Shown piece after piece: positions 25,769-34,719 of a DNA stretch of 35,558 nt. This DNA is from Candidatus Kaiserbacteria bacterium (GTDB lineage Bacteria; Patescibacteriota; Minisyncoccia; Phycocordibacterales; UBA918), in NCBI GenBank assembly GCA_031423775.1, contig JANPGF010000038.1:1-35558 (forward strand), in the 5' to 3' direction. The number at the start of each line of letters is the position of its first letter. Position 1 is the stretch's first letter. The notes under the pieces were generated by a model. The model saw only the letters and a list, made by a program, of their open reading frames with translations, was not told the origin of the DNA and made no database searches. A program made the position numbers and the translations under genes.

Positions 25769-27022
25769 TTACATAATTTCAATAAAAGCCCGATTCTTTT
25801 TACCGCGACGGATAATAGCTAATGAGTTATTTTTTGTTGCAGAAACTACTGCCTCAACATCAGTGATGAAAACCTCATTAATAGCCACTGCTTTGTTTTC
25901 GATAAATTCACGTGCTTCGCGTTTACTCTGGGCAAGACCAATAACAATCAGTATATCTACAACTGAATCACCATTTTTTACTGATGAGATAGGAGCGTAC
26001 TGTTTAAATAAATCAGTATCTGTCGGCGATAATTCCAGTATCGACTCTTCGCTAGTTCCGAATAGGAATTTTCCAATCTTATTGCTTATCTCAGCAATTT
26101 TTTCAGTATGAATAAATCGAACTACCTCACTTGCGAGTTTGTACTGAGCAAATCGCTCGGCCGGATCGGCTACATGTTGCTGTTCAATTGCATAGATTTC
26201 ATCAAGCGATAAAAACGTGAATAGTTTTAAATATTCAATGACACTTTCATCACTAGTATTAAGCCAAAATTGATAGAGTTGGTAGGGAGTTGTTTTCGCA
26301 GCATCTAGCCACACTGCGTTCCCTTCGCTTTTGCCAAACTTTTTGCCGGTGGTTTTATCAACCACAAGAGGAACGGTAACAGCATGCACCGTCTTTTGTT
26401 CTTTACGACGAATAAGATCAACACCAGAAATGATGTTCCCCCATTGATCTGAGCCCCCCACCTGTACCGTACAGTCTTGTTCCCGATGTAAGACTAAATA
26501 ATCGTAGCCCTGGAGGAGCGGGTATGCAAATTCCGTATACGAAATACCATTATCACTTTCTAGTCGTTTTGAGATTGCATCCTTTTTAATTAATTCGTTC
26601 ACTGTAAAATGCTTTCCGATATCACGTAAAAAAGTAAGCAGCCCTTCTTTGGCAAGCCAATCTTTATTATTTACAAAGGTAATTGTCGCTGCCCCACCAC
26701 CAATCAACCGCTGTGCTTGGGCTTTAATTTTTTCGACATTACCATCAGTTATAGAAATATCTTGCAAAACTCGTTCTGAATCAGGTTTTGGATCACCAAT
26801 CATTCCGGTCCCCCCACCAACCAGGAAAATGACTTTATGTCCGGCATTTACGAGATGCCTCAACAATATCCAAATCACCATATTCCCCGCATGTGCAGAA
26901 TCAGCACTCGGGTCAATACCATGATAAATGGTCCGTTTTTCGCCATCAAAAATCTCAGCGAGAGACTCTCCAGTATGTTGATGAATAAAACCGCGCAACT
27001 GCAATTCTTCTGAAAGTTTCAT
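25769..27022 (-). CDS. tyrS: Tyrosine--tRNA ligase
   Basis: YHGIDPSADSAHAGN (HIGH-like), EFAYPLLQGYD, GGSDQWGNI, KFGKSEG (KMSKS-like) and C-terminal S4 domain. Confidence 0.97.
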   Translation of the reverse strand: MKLSEELQLRGFIHQHTGESLAEIFDGEKRTIYHGIDPSADSAHAGNMVIWILLRHLVNAGHKVIFLVGGGTGMIGDPKPDSERVLQDISITDGNVEKIKAQAQRLIGGGAATITFVNNKDWLAKEGLLTFLRDIGKHFTVNELIKKDAISKRLESDNGISYTEFAYPLLQGYDYLVLHREQDCTVQVGGSDQWGNIISGVDLIRRKEQKTVHAVTVPLVVDKTTGKKFGKSEGNAVWLDAAKTTPYQLYQFWLNTSDESVIEYLKLFTFLSLDEIYAIEQQHVADPAERFAQYKLASEVVRFIHTEKIAEISNKIGKFLFGTSEESILELSPTDTDLFKQYAPISSVKNGDSVVDILIVIGLAQSKREAREFIENKAVAINEVFITDVEAVVSATKNNSLAIIRRGKKNRAFIEIM

Positions 27023-27099
27023 ACTGATAATGTACCACACGAAACGACTCATTTCACTAGACAAATCATGGTAATATTGGCACTATACGCACTTGATAT

Positions 27100-29355
27100 A
27101 TGTTCAAAAAACTACAGAGTAAACGTTGGTGGAAAGAAAATTATAAACGTCTCATTATTGACACGTTTATTGTGTTGTTTGTACTAGGAGTCGTTCTTGT
27201 AAGCGGTCTTTTAATTTGGGTATCCACCCTCCAAATTCCTGATTTATCTTCTTTTTCTGACCGACGCGTTCTCCAATCAACTAAAATTTACGATCGCACT
27301 GGCGAAATCCTCCTTTACGACCTTCACCAAGACGTAAAACGTACCGTAGTACCCTACGATCATATTTCACGTTACCTAAAAAATGCCACCATCGCCATCG
27401 AAGATGAGCGTTTTTACAGTCATCCCGGCGTCGATATTCGCGGTATCGCCCGCGCTGCCTGGTCTAACATCGTGAGTGGTGGGAGCGGTCAAGGCGGATC
27501 AACTATTACACAGCAGGTAATTAAAAACTCTGTTCTCGCGCGTGATAAAACTATTACCCGTAAAATTAAAGAGGCCATCCTCTCACTCAAACTTGAGCGG
27601 GTGTTATCAAAGGATGAAATCTTGGGTATTTACCTCAACGAATCACCATACGGTGGAACTATTTACGGCGTAGAAGAAGCTTCACAAGCCTATTTTGGCA
27701 AACATGCAGCAGATATTGATTTGGCTCAAGCAGCTTACATTGCTGCCCTACCGCAAGCTCCTACCTATCTCTCACCCTACGGAAACAACCGAGACGCTCT
27801 TGATGCACGACAAAAATCAGTACTCGCACGAATGCTCAGCAACACCTTAATCACCCAAGACGAGTACAACGCAGCCAAGGATGAAAAGGTGGAATTCCTT
27901 CCACAAGCAGTTTCTGGAATTCGAGCTCCTCATTTTGTCATGTACATCCGGGAACAACTAGCAAAACAATTCGGTGAAGATGCTCTCGAAAGCCAAGGAC
28001 TCCGCGTCATCACAACATTAAACTATGATTTTCAAGAACAAGCTGAAAAAATTGTGGCAAAACACTCGTTGTACAATCTTACTAAATTTGATGCTGACAA
28101 CGCTGGAATGATTGTAACTGATCCAAAAACCGGTGATCTCCTCACCATGGTTGGTTCAAAAGATTATTTCAGTAAAGAAATTGACGGAAACTTCAACATC
28201 ACCCTCGCCTCTCGCCAACCAGGTTCCTCAATCAAACCTTTTATTTATGCAACCGCTTTTACGAAGGGATATCTTCCAAACACCATCCTTTTTGACGTAA
28301 AGACGCAATTCTCACCTAAATGTAAAGCAGATGACCCTAGTTCAGAGTCACCTTGTTATTCACCAAATAACTACAACCACAAATTTGTTGGACCAATCAG
28401 TATGAGAAACGCCCTAGCTCAATCACTGAACATTCCAGCAGTAAAGACTCTGTATCTCTCAGGAATAAAAAGCTCATTAAAATTAGCAGCAGACATGGGT
28501 ATCACTACGTTAAATGATCCAGACCGCTATGGTCTCACATTAGTACTTGGTGGTGGCGAGGTCCGCCTCTTGGACATGACCAACGCCTATGGTGTGTTCG
28601 CGAACGAAGGAGCACGAGCAGAACCACGAAGCATCTTAAAGGTCGAAGACTCAACCGGTGCAACAATTTTTGAAAGTAAAGTAGAAACAAAACAGGTGCT
28701 CGATCAAAATGTCGCCTTGATGATGAGTGATATCCTTTCAGACAACAATGCTCGTATGCCACTCTGGGGACCAAATTCACTGGTATATTTTGCCAACCGT
28801 GACGTAGCTGCTAAGTCAGGTAGTACCAATAACCTCCGTGACGCCTGGCTTATGGGTTACACGCCAAATCTCGCAGTTGGAGCCTGGGTTGGAAACAATA
28901 GTAACAAACCAATGAACGGTAATACTTCAGGCTTGATCGTAACGCCAATGTGGCGAGAATTCATGGACTATGCACTTACAAAAATTCCTGATGAAAAATT
29001 TGCTCAACCAAAAATTGACCTCGCGGGAGTAAAGCCAATCATTCGTGGTGATTACATAGATGCTGATATGCTAGTGTCACAAGCACAGGCCGGCAGCTCA
29101 ACAATTAACATGGGTAGTATGCTCGGAAACATCCATGACATCCTCTTCTTTGTAAAGAAAGACGACCCACAAGGGCCATACCCAAGCAACCCAGCAAACG
29201 ACGATCAGTTTGATAACTGGGAATACGCAGTACAGGCTTGGAAAAACAATACCTACAGTGCAATGTTAAGCACCACAACGCCAAGTATTATAGGCACTAC
29301 CACCACCCCTACAACACCCGTAATCGACACTACCATCCTAGAGAACATCCATTAA
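27100..29355 (+). CDS. Class A penicillin-binding protein (PBP1A family)
   Basis: Transglycosylase motifs EDERFY.H.G, GGSTITQQ and RKIKE. Transpeptidase motifs SSIK, SLN and KSG. Confidence 0.95.
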   Translation: MFKKLQSKRWWKENYKRLIIDTFIVLFVLGVVLVSGLLIWVSTLQIPDLSSFSDRRVLQSTKIYDRTGEILLYDLHQDVKRTVVPYDHISRYLKNATIAIEDERFYSHPGVDIRGIARAAWSNIVSGGSGQGGSTITQQVIKNSVLARDKTITRKIKEAILSLKLERVLSKDEILGIYLNESPYGGTIYGVEEASQAYFGKHAADIDLAQAAYIAALPQAPTYLSPYGNNRDALDARQKSVLARMLSNTLITQDEYNAAKDEKVEFLPQAVSGIRAPHFVMYIREQLAKQFGEDALESQGLRVITTLNYDFQEQAEKIVAKHSLYNLTKFDADNAGMIVTDPKTGDLLTMVGSKDYFSKEIDGNFNITLASRQPGSSIKPFIYATAFTKGYLPNTILFDVKTQFSPKCKADDPSSESPCYSPNNYNHKFVGPISMRNALAQSLNIPAVKTLYLSGIKSSLKLAADMGITTLNDPDRYGLTLVLGGGEVRLLDMTNAYGVFANEGARAEPRSILKVEDSTGATIFESKVETKQVLDQNVALMMSDILSDNNARMPLWGPNSLVYFANRDVAAKSGSTNNLRDAWLMGYTPNLAVGAWVGNNSNKPMNGNTSGLIVTPMWREFMDYALTKIPDEKFAQPKIDLAGVKPIIRGDYIDADMLVSQAQAGSSTINMGSMLGNIHDILFFVKKDDPQGPYPSNPANDDQFDNWEYAVQAWKNNTYSAMLSTTTPSIIGTTTTPTTPVIDTTILENIH

Positions 29356-29360
29356 AAAAA

Positions 29361-29393
29361 TAAAACACCCCAGTCATTGACTGGGGTGTTTTA
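29361..29393. terminator. Bidirectional terminator
   Basis: TAAAACACCCCAGTCA-T-TGACTGGGGTGTTTTA. Confidence 0.8.
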
Positions 29394-29711
29394 AAATATT
29401 ATTTTAGGGGCACTTTTTTCTCCCAATCGGGCTTTTAGATGTAACATGATTTCGCTCTTATGGAGTGAAATTTCTTGTTTTAAGGCACTCGGAGCTGTCA
29501 GTGAAATAGTCTTTGAAGTAACCGAGTATTTTATATACTTCCGGTCAATTTTTATCCCCAATAGATCTTGTACAACCTCAATAAATTCTTTTACCACGGT
29601 CCCTTGGGGAGCTTTTAAGAGTGTTTTATACTTCTCAAAAAGATCACTCACTTTAGTGACCTCGCCACGACGACCACGTCTTTGGGGTTTTGGTGGGGTG
29701 TTAGGGTACAT
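29391..29711 (-). CDS. DciA/DUF721-like protein
   Basis: Lies downstream of dnaN. The TISL.APSALKQEI.L.K..I...L pattern resembles DciA. Confidence 0.6.
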   Translation of the reverse strand: MYPNTPPKPQRRGRRGEVTKVSDLFEKYKTLLKAPQGTVVKEFIEVVQDLLGIKIDRKYIKYSVTSKTISLTAPSALKQEISLHKSEIMLHLKARLGEKSAPKIIF

Positions 29712-29965
29712 TAGGTTTGTTATTAGGAAGAAGAGGTTAGACGAGCAACTAGGAATTTTATTAAATAGACAAATTGATGGTGCTCGGACAATTTACCTTA
29801 AGTACCAACTCTCACTGAAGTTGATTTTTTAACCCTAACGTTCCAGATATTGACCCAAAGAAGGGCAAATCGGGAACTAAATAAATTATACGAGCTACTT
29901 TATTGATTAAAGAAACAATCTGGTAGTGCTCGGACAATTTTTCTGGAAGGAAAAATTGCTCGAGA

Positions 29966-30001
29966 AAATTCGCAATATGCCCGTAGGGCATTTGCTCATT
30001 T
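29966..30001 (+). repeat. 36-nt motif AAATTCGCAATA-N13-TTTGCTCATTT, copy 1
   Basis: Same 12-nt and 11-nt arms and same spacing as 33241-33276. Confidence 0.8.
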
Positions 30002-31095
30002 CATTTATTCATAGGCATTACCAGATACCGCAAGGTTGTATCTGACGAACCTTGTATAACGAGAGGTCGACCAATACCTGCAAAATGCATTACGATACTT
30101 TCATCACTAACGTGACCAAGTGGGTCAATCAAATACTGTTGATTGAAGTTGAGAGTTAATTCCTGACCTTCAGTATGCACTTTAACAGTATCGGTAGTAG
30201 TACCAATCTCACCATTTTGAGATGCTACCACCAAATTATCGCCATCCAACTTTATCGTTACCTGCATAAACTTATTCAAGAACACATGAGTCTTTTTAAA
30301 TGCCTGTAGAAGGTCATTTTTAAGCACTGTTGTGTGTGTAACGTATTCTTTTGGAATTATCTGCTCATAGTCCGGAAACGAGCCTGAAATCAATCGTGAG
30401 GTGATGTAGACCCCTTCTGAAAACGAAAGAGCACACTGATTTTCATTTATAATCAACATTGGGTCAGTTTCAAGTAAGTCGCAAATTCTAGCGAGTTCTA
30501 TAGCGTTTTTTTGTGGAATCAATAATGTTTGGTCGAGAATGAAATTCTTCTGAGGTACAGTTTTCTCCATCAAGCGAAACGAATCGGTCGCCACAAAAGT
30601 AAGCGAGTGTTCTTTCTTTTGTTGAATATAAATACTTCCGAGTTCTGGTTTAATTGATGACTGTGAAGCTGCAAACGCAACTGTTTTAATACCGAGTGCA
30701 AAAAGATTTTTCTGAATCGCTGTTCCTGGTGCAGTTAACTTTGCAATTGAAGGGAACTCATCATAAGGAATAGTATTAATAGTTGTCTTTCCACTACCAC
30801 TATCAACCGTAAGCACTCCCTCCACAACAGAAAGTACCACCTCTTTCTTAGTAATGTACTGAACTGCAGACAATAGTGTACTGGCAGAAACTGCCACAAC
30901 CCCTTCCAGCTCCACAAAAGCTTCCACTGTTACCTCAATACCAATCTCAAGGTTTGTTGCTTTGAAAGTGACGATCCCGTCTTTTACGGTGATGAGTACA
31001 CATTGGAGTACTGGTAACGTTACATGCTTGATACTTACTCGAGTGATAAGTCCAAGTGTGTGTATAAGTTTTTGTTGGTTGATAGTTATTTTCAT
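30001..31095 (-). CDS. dnaN: DNA polymerase III beta sliding clamp
   Basis: ATNLEI, VATDSFRL, SRLI.G.FPDY, FN..YL.D and YLVMPM. Confidence 0.97.
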   Translation of the reverse strand: MKITINQQKLIHTLGLITRVSIKHVTLPVLQCVLITVKDGIVTFKATNLEIGIEVTVEAFVELEGVVAVSASTLLSAVQYITKKEVVLSVVEGVLTVDSGSGKTTINTIPYDEFPSIAKLTAPGTAIQKNLFALGIKTVAFAASQSSIKPELGSIYIQQKKEHSLTFVATDSFRLMEKTVPQKNFILDQTLLIPQKNAIELARICDLLETDPMLIINENQCALSFSEGVYITSRLISGSFPDYEQIIPKEYVTHTTVLKNDLLQAFKKTHVFLNKFMQVTIKLDGDNLVVASQNGEIGTTTDTVKVHTEGQELTLNFNQQYLIDPLGHVSDESIVMHFAGIGRPLVIQGSSDTTLRYLVMPMNK

Positions 31096-31421
31096 TTTTT
31101 TTCTATTTTACTCTCCTCTATTAGGGGTGTGGAAGTGTGCATAAGCTAAAAATATGTTGTATTTATAAGGTTACTGTAGCACCCTTCTTTCTAAAATACC
31201 TGTGCATTAGCTTGTGGATACTGTTAATTTCTACAGGGATAACTCGAAGGGGTAGTTAAAGGCGTGGATAACTACACTATTTATACCCAGATTTGAGATC
31301 ACAAAAAAGACTATTTGAGAGTTTATACTAGTGTTAGTACCGTACCAACAGGTACCTTATTACAGAGTATTCCCCAGGTGGCTGTGGGTAAACAAAAGAC
31401 CGTACTAGTACGGTCTTTTGT
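31096..31421. promoter_or_regulatory. oriC candidate (dnaA-dnaN intergenic DnaA-box cluster)
   Basis: TGTGCATAA 31136, TGTGCATTA 31201, TGTGGATAC 31213, CGTGGATAA 31263 and TGTGGGTAA 31383, with AT-rich flanks. Confidence 0.8.
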
Positions 31422-31424
31422 TTA
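31389..31424. terminator. 36-bp perfect palindrome at the dnaA stop
   Basis: TAAACAAAAGACCGTACT/AGTACGGTCTTTTGTTTA. Confidence 0.7.
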
Positions 31425-32807
31425 TTTAAGAAGTAAACGAACTTGGGTTATCTCCTCTTCCAGATCAGGATCAGTTTTCAGGTCCTTCTTGATTTTTTCA
31501 CAGCTGTGGATGACTGTTGTGTGGTCTCGACCGCCTAGTTTTTTACCAATTGCTGGGTAGGATACCTGGAAATCCTCGCGGAGGATGTACATAATGATTT
31601 GGCGAGGTTTAACCACTTCCTTGCGGCGGGTTTTTTCGTAAATACTCGCCTGGTCTATGTCAAAGAAACGAGCCACCTTATCTACTACATCAGATACTGC
31701 CAATGTTTTACGTGGGCGGCTACTATTTTTAATAATAGCTTTTACTTCATCAATTGTTAGGGTTCGTCCCAAGAGCTGCGACTGACACATAATGGTATTC
31801 AGGGCTCCTTCGAGTTCCCGGATGTTGCCTTCGATGGTGTGAGCTAAATGTTCAACCACGTCATCACTGAGTGAGATGCTATTTTGAGCAGCTTTAGCCC
31901 GTAGGATAGCAGCACGAGATTCGGTATCAGGTGCTGGAATATCGACAATCATTCCTTGTCCAAACCGTGAACGGAGTCGGTCTTCGAGTCCTGCGAGGAG
32001 GGCTGGGTGCATGTCACTAGAGAATACAATTTGCTTATTTGTATCATGGAGGGCATTAAAGAGGTGAAAGAGTTCCTCTTGGGTCTTTTCTTTTGTTGCC
32101 AGGAATTGCACGTCGTCCATAATCAATACATCATACTGACGGTATTTATCCTTGAAACTGTTAGCGGTACCACTCTGGAGAGAGTTGAAATAATCAACTG
32201 CAAATCGTTCACTGGTAACATAAAATACCTTCTTACCAGTCTTTTTAATTTGGTTCCCTACTGCTTGGATGAGATGAGTTTTACCGTGACCGGTTTTACC
32301 ATAAATGAAGAGTGGGTTGTAGGCGATACCAGGCTTTTCTGCAACTGTTTTTGCAGCAGCGTGAGCGAGTGCGTTGTATGGTCCAACCACAAATGTTTCG
32401 AATGAATACTTTGGATTAAGATTGTCACTCTTGTTGATGTAGTAGTCTTCGAGGGGAAGGGCAGCATTAATGGTCTGAGTCTTTGCTGTCTCGCCACGTC
32501 GATCACTGCGCTGCATCACAGCGTACTCAATACTTCGTACATATGGTGTAATCTCACGGAGAGTTTTGAGAATCATTGACTGGAATTTATCAGCGAGCCA
32601 GTCGCGAACAAATACACTAGGGACGCCAATAGTGAGGGTGCCGTCTTCGAGTGAGATGATGTGTGTATCACGGAACCAAGTTTTAAAGTTGGCTGGTGTG
32701 ATAGATAATTCAATTTTTACTAACGCATTATCCCAGAGTTGTTTGACATCAATTTGCTCTGTGCGAACGATGCTATTGGTCTGATGTGGGTGTGTTAGAG
32801 GAGGCAT
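31422..32807 (-). CDS. dnaA: Chromosomal replication initiator DnaA
   Basis: YNPLFIYGKTGHGKTHL, DDVQF, EELFHLFN, NIRELEGAL and GGRDHTTVIH. Confidence 0.99.
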   Translation of the reverse strand: MPPLTHPHQTNSIVRTEQIDVKQLWDNALVKIELSITPANFKTWFRDTHIISLEDGTLTIGVPSVFVRDWLADKFQSMILKTLREITPYVRSIEYAVMQRSDRRGETAKTQTINAALPLEDYYINKSDNLNPKYSFETFVVGPYNALAHAAAKTVAEKPGIAYNPLFIYGKTGHGKTHLIQAVGNQIKKTGKKVFYVTSERFAVDYFNSLQSGTANSFKDKYRQYDVLIMDDVQFLATKEKTQEELFHLFNALHDTNKQIVFSSDMHPALLAGLEDRLRSRFGQGMIVDIPAPDTESRAAILRAKAAQNSISLSDDVVEHLAHTIEGNIRELEGALNTIMCQSQLLGRTLTIDEVKAIIKNSSRPRKTLAVSDVVDKVARFFDIDQASIYEKTRRKEVVKPRQIIMYILREDFQVSYPAIGKKLGGRDHTTVIHSCEKIKKDLKTDPDLEEEITQVRLLLK

Positions 32808-32919
32808 GGAAGATTTTGCAATCGAGTACCAGCATTATACCGGGTCGTACGAAACTGTAAACAACTTCGAAAAAAAATCGAGAAAAAAGTACCCCTCTTT
32901 ATCCTGTAAATTTCGCAAC

Positions 32920-32939
32920 TGTGGACAATCTGGGGATAA
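32920..32939. promoter_or_regulatory. DnaA boxes upstream of dnaA
   Basis: TGTGGACAA 32920-32928 and TGGGGATAA 32931-32939, each one mismatch from TGTGGATAA. Confidence 0.6.
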
Positions 32940-33024
32940 ACTTTTAAAGATTCTCCTCCTACAGACGCTTGAGGGTATGTAATGAGACCACTGTCTAAAA
33001 TTGTTATAATTTATTTAGCCTATT

Positions 33025-33309
33025 CTAGACACACTCTGGAATCCTAGATACGAGGCGCGGAGGAGTAGAAGGCCGAGCCGTACTAAACGTACGATTAAGC
33101 AAAACAACGAGCGGAAGCGAGTATGCTTTTGATTAGTTCCAACTTTTGCCCCTCCTAGTCAAAAGTTCTGAAACGACTTTTGGTATCAGGTTTACCACTG
33201 CGCCGATATTTTGCCCTAGGGAGGGGCAAAATACTGGCATAAATTCGCAATAGTCGCTACGCTCGTTTGCTCATTTAACGAAGTAGGTAGGGTTTCAGTG
33301 TGGGTCTAG
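33025..33309. repeat. Nested inverted-repeat element (MITE-like or structured RNA)
   Basis: 22-nt terminal arms matching at 18/22, with several internal stems. Confidence 0.65.
33241..33276 (+). repeat. 36-nt motif, copy 2
   Basis: AAATTCGCAATA-GTCGCTACGCTCG-TTTGCTCATTT. Confidence 0.8.
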
Positions 33310-33337
33310 TTGCAAAAAGGATATATTCCTGTATAGT
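33310..33337 (+). promoter_or_regulatory. rpmH promoter
   Basis: TTGCAA-16 nt-TATAGT, 21 nt before the ATG. Confidence 0.55.
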
Positions 33338-33358
33338 TGTGCCACTAATTATATTCAT

Positions 33359-33514
33359 ATGAGTAAACGAACATATCAGCCATCAAAACAGAAGCGAGCT
33401 ACCACTCACGGTTTCCTCGTTCGTATGGCTACAGCCGCAGGAGCAAAGGTTATTTTAGCTCGACGTCGCAAAGGTCGCGCTCGATTAACTGTAAAGCCTT
33501 CAAAACCACAGTAG
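33359..33514 (+). CDS. rpmH: 50S ribosomal protein L34
   Basis: Hand translation [51 protein letters not shown] (51 aa, too short to appear in the ORF track). Confidence 0.97.
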   Translation: MSKRTYQPSKQKRATTHGFLVRMATAAGAKVILARRRKGRARLTVKPSKPQ

Positions 33515-33526
33515 GAATTATTCTAC

Positions 33527-33551
33527 AAAAACCGCCTAAAAAGCGGTTTTT
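33527..33551 (+). terminator. Intrinsic terminator after rpmH
   Basis: AAAAACCGC...GCGGTTTTT. Confidence 0.6.
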
Positions 33552-33595
33552 TGTTACTATTTTGTAATTATCTCGTCCGCGGTATACTCACCTAT

Positions 33596-33931
33596 ATGTT
33601 TAATGCTAAAGAACGTTTATCTCGAGCGGCTTTTACTGAGTATTTTAAATCTGGACGACGGTTTCAAACCCCAGCTTTAACCCTAATCTATTCCCCTACC
33701 CCGAAATTGGGTGTTTCTACTGTTGTTGGTAAAAAGGTGTCTAAATTGGCAGTAGGTCGTAATCTGGTGCGCCGGAGACTTTATGCTCAGATGCGTCGTT
33801 CGTTTACAGAAAATGCGATAGTCTCTGGTACGTATATTGTTATAGCTAAACCGGTTACATCTACGTATACTCGAGCAGCTTTATCTGACGAACTTGTCGC
33901 TCTCCTCGCACTTCCCCTTAAATCACGGTAG
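33596..33931 (+). CDS. rnpA: Ribonuclease P protein component
   Basis: KERL...F, VGKKVSKLAVGRNLVRRRL (RNR motif), and position between rpmH and yidC. Confidence 0.93.
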   Translation: MFNAKERLSRAAFTEYFKSGRRFQTPALTLIYSPTPKLGVSTVVGKKVSKLAVGRNLVRRRLYAQMRRSFTENAIVSGTYIVIAKPVTSTYTRAALSDELVALLALPLKSR

Positions 33932-33943
33932 AATAGCCCCACT

Positions 33944-34672
33944 ATGTTTTCATATATTTGGCACTCTTTCTGCCTCGATCCGGTGTACAACGTTTTGGTG
34001 TTTTTTATTGAGCATATGCCAGGCGGAGACGTTGGCCTCGCTATTATTGCAACGGTTGTCGTAGTAAAGGTGCTACTCTACCCTCTCTCACTAAAGGCTG
34101 TTAAGACGCAGAAACTACAAAAGGAGCTTGAGCCGATTATGAAGGAGATTAAAGTAAAGTACCCAGACGATCGTGAGGCAGCTGCTAAGGCGACGATGGC
34201 TGCATATAAAGACGCTGGTATGAACCCGTTTGCGAGTATTCTTGTAGTATTCCTGCAACTCCCTTTCCTGATTGCTCTCTACTTTGCAGTATCGAAAGGT
34301 GGTGGCGTGGCACTGCCTGGTATAAATTTTGATCTCCTCTACTCCTTTATTCCCCACCCGAGTGTAGTATCAATGGATTTTATTGGCATGTTTAATATAA
34401 GCCACAAGAGTGTGGTACTTGCGGGACTTGCTGGAATCACTCAATTTATTGCCACGTGGTTTGCGATGCCTGCGATAGCAAAAAAAGAGCCTGGCGCGGT
34501 CGACAGTTTCAAAGATGATTTTGCTCGAAACATGCAGCTGCAAATGAAGTTTGTAATGCCGGTCATGATTACTTTTATCGCCTACACCTTCTCTGCCGCT
34601 ATCGCTCTCTACTTTGTCGTGAGCAACCTCGTGACCATCACTCAAGAATTCTTCATCCGGAAGCACCGGTAA
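33944..34672 (+). CDS. yidC: Membrane protein insertase YidC/Oxa1 (short form)
   Basis: GLAII..T...K.LLYPL, NPF, LQLPF..ALY and ALYF.VSN...I.Q. Confidence 0.95.
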   Translation: MFSYIWHSFCLDPVYNVLVFFIEHMPGGDVGLAIIATVVVVKVLLYPLSLKAVKTQKLQKELEPIMKEIKVKYPDDREAAAKATMAAYKDAGMNPFASILVVFLQLPFLIALYFAVSKGGGVALPGINFDLLYSFIPHPSVVSMDFIGMFNISHKSVVLAGLAGITQFIATWFAMPAIAKKEPGAVDSFKDDFARNMQLQMKFVMPVMITFIAYTFSAAIALYFVVSNLVTITQEFFIRKHR

Positions 34673-34675
34673 AGT

Positions 34676-34719
34676 AAAAACAAAAACACCTTGAGATTTC
34701 TCAAGGTGTTTTTGTTTTT
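34676..34719. terminator. Bidirectional terminator
   Basis: AAAAACAAAAACACCTTGAGA-TT-TCTCAAGGTGTTTTTGTTTTT. Confidence 0.85.

Noticed and set aside
29446-29832. 128-aa + strand ORF
   Set aside because: It is antisense to the DciA-like gene and has no motif support.
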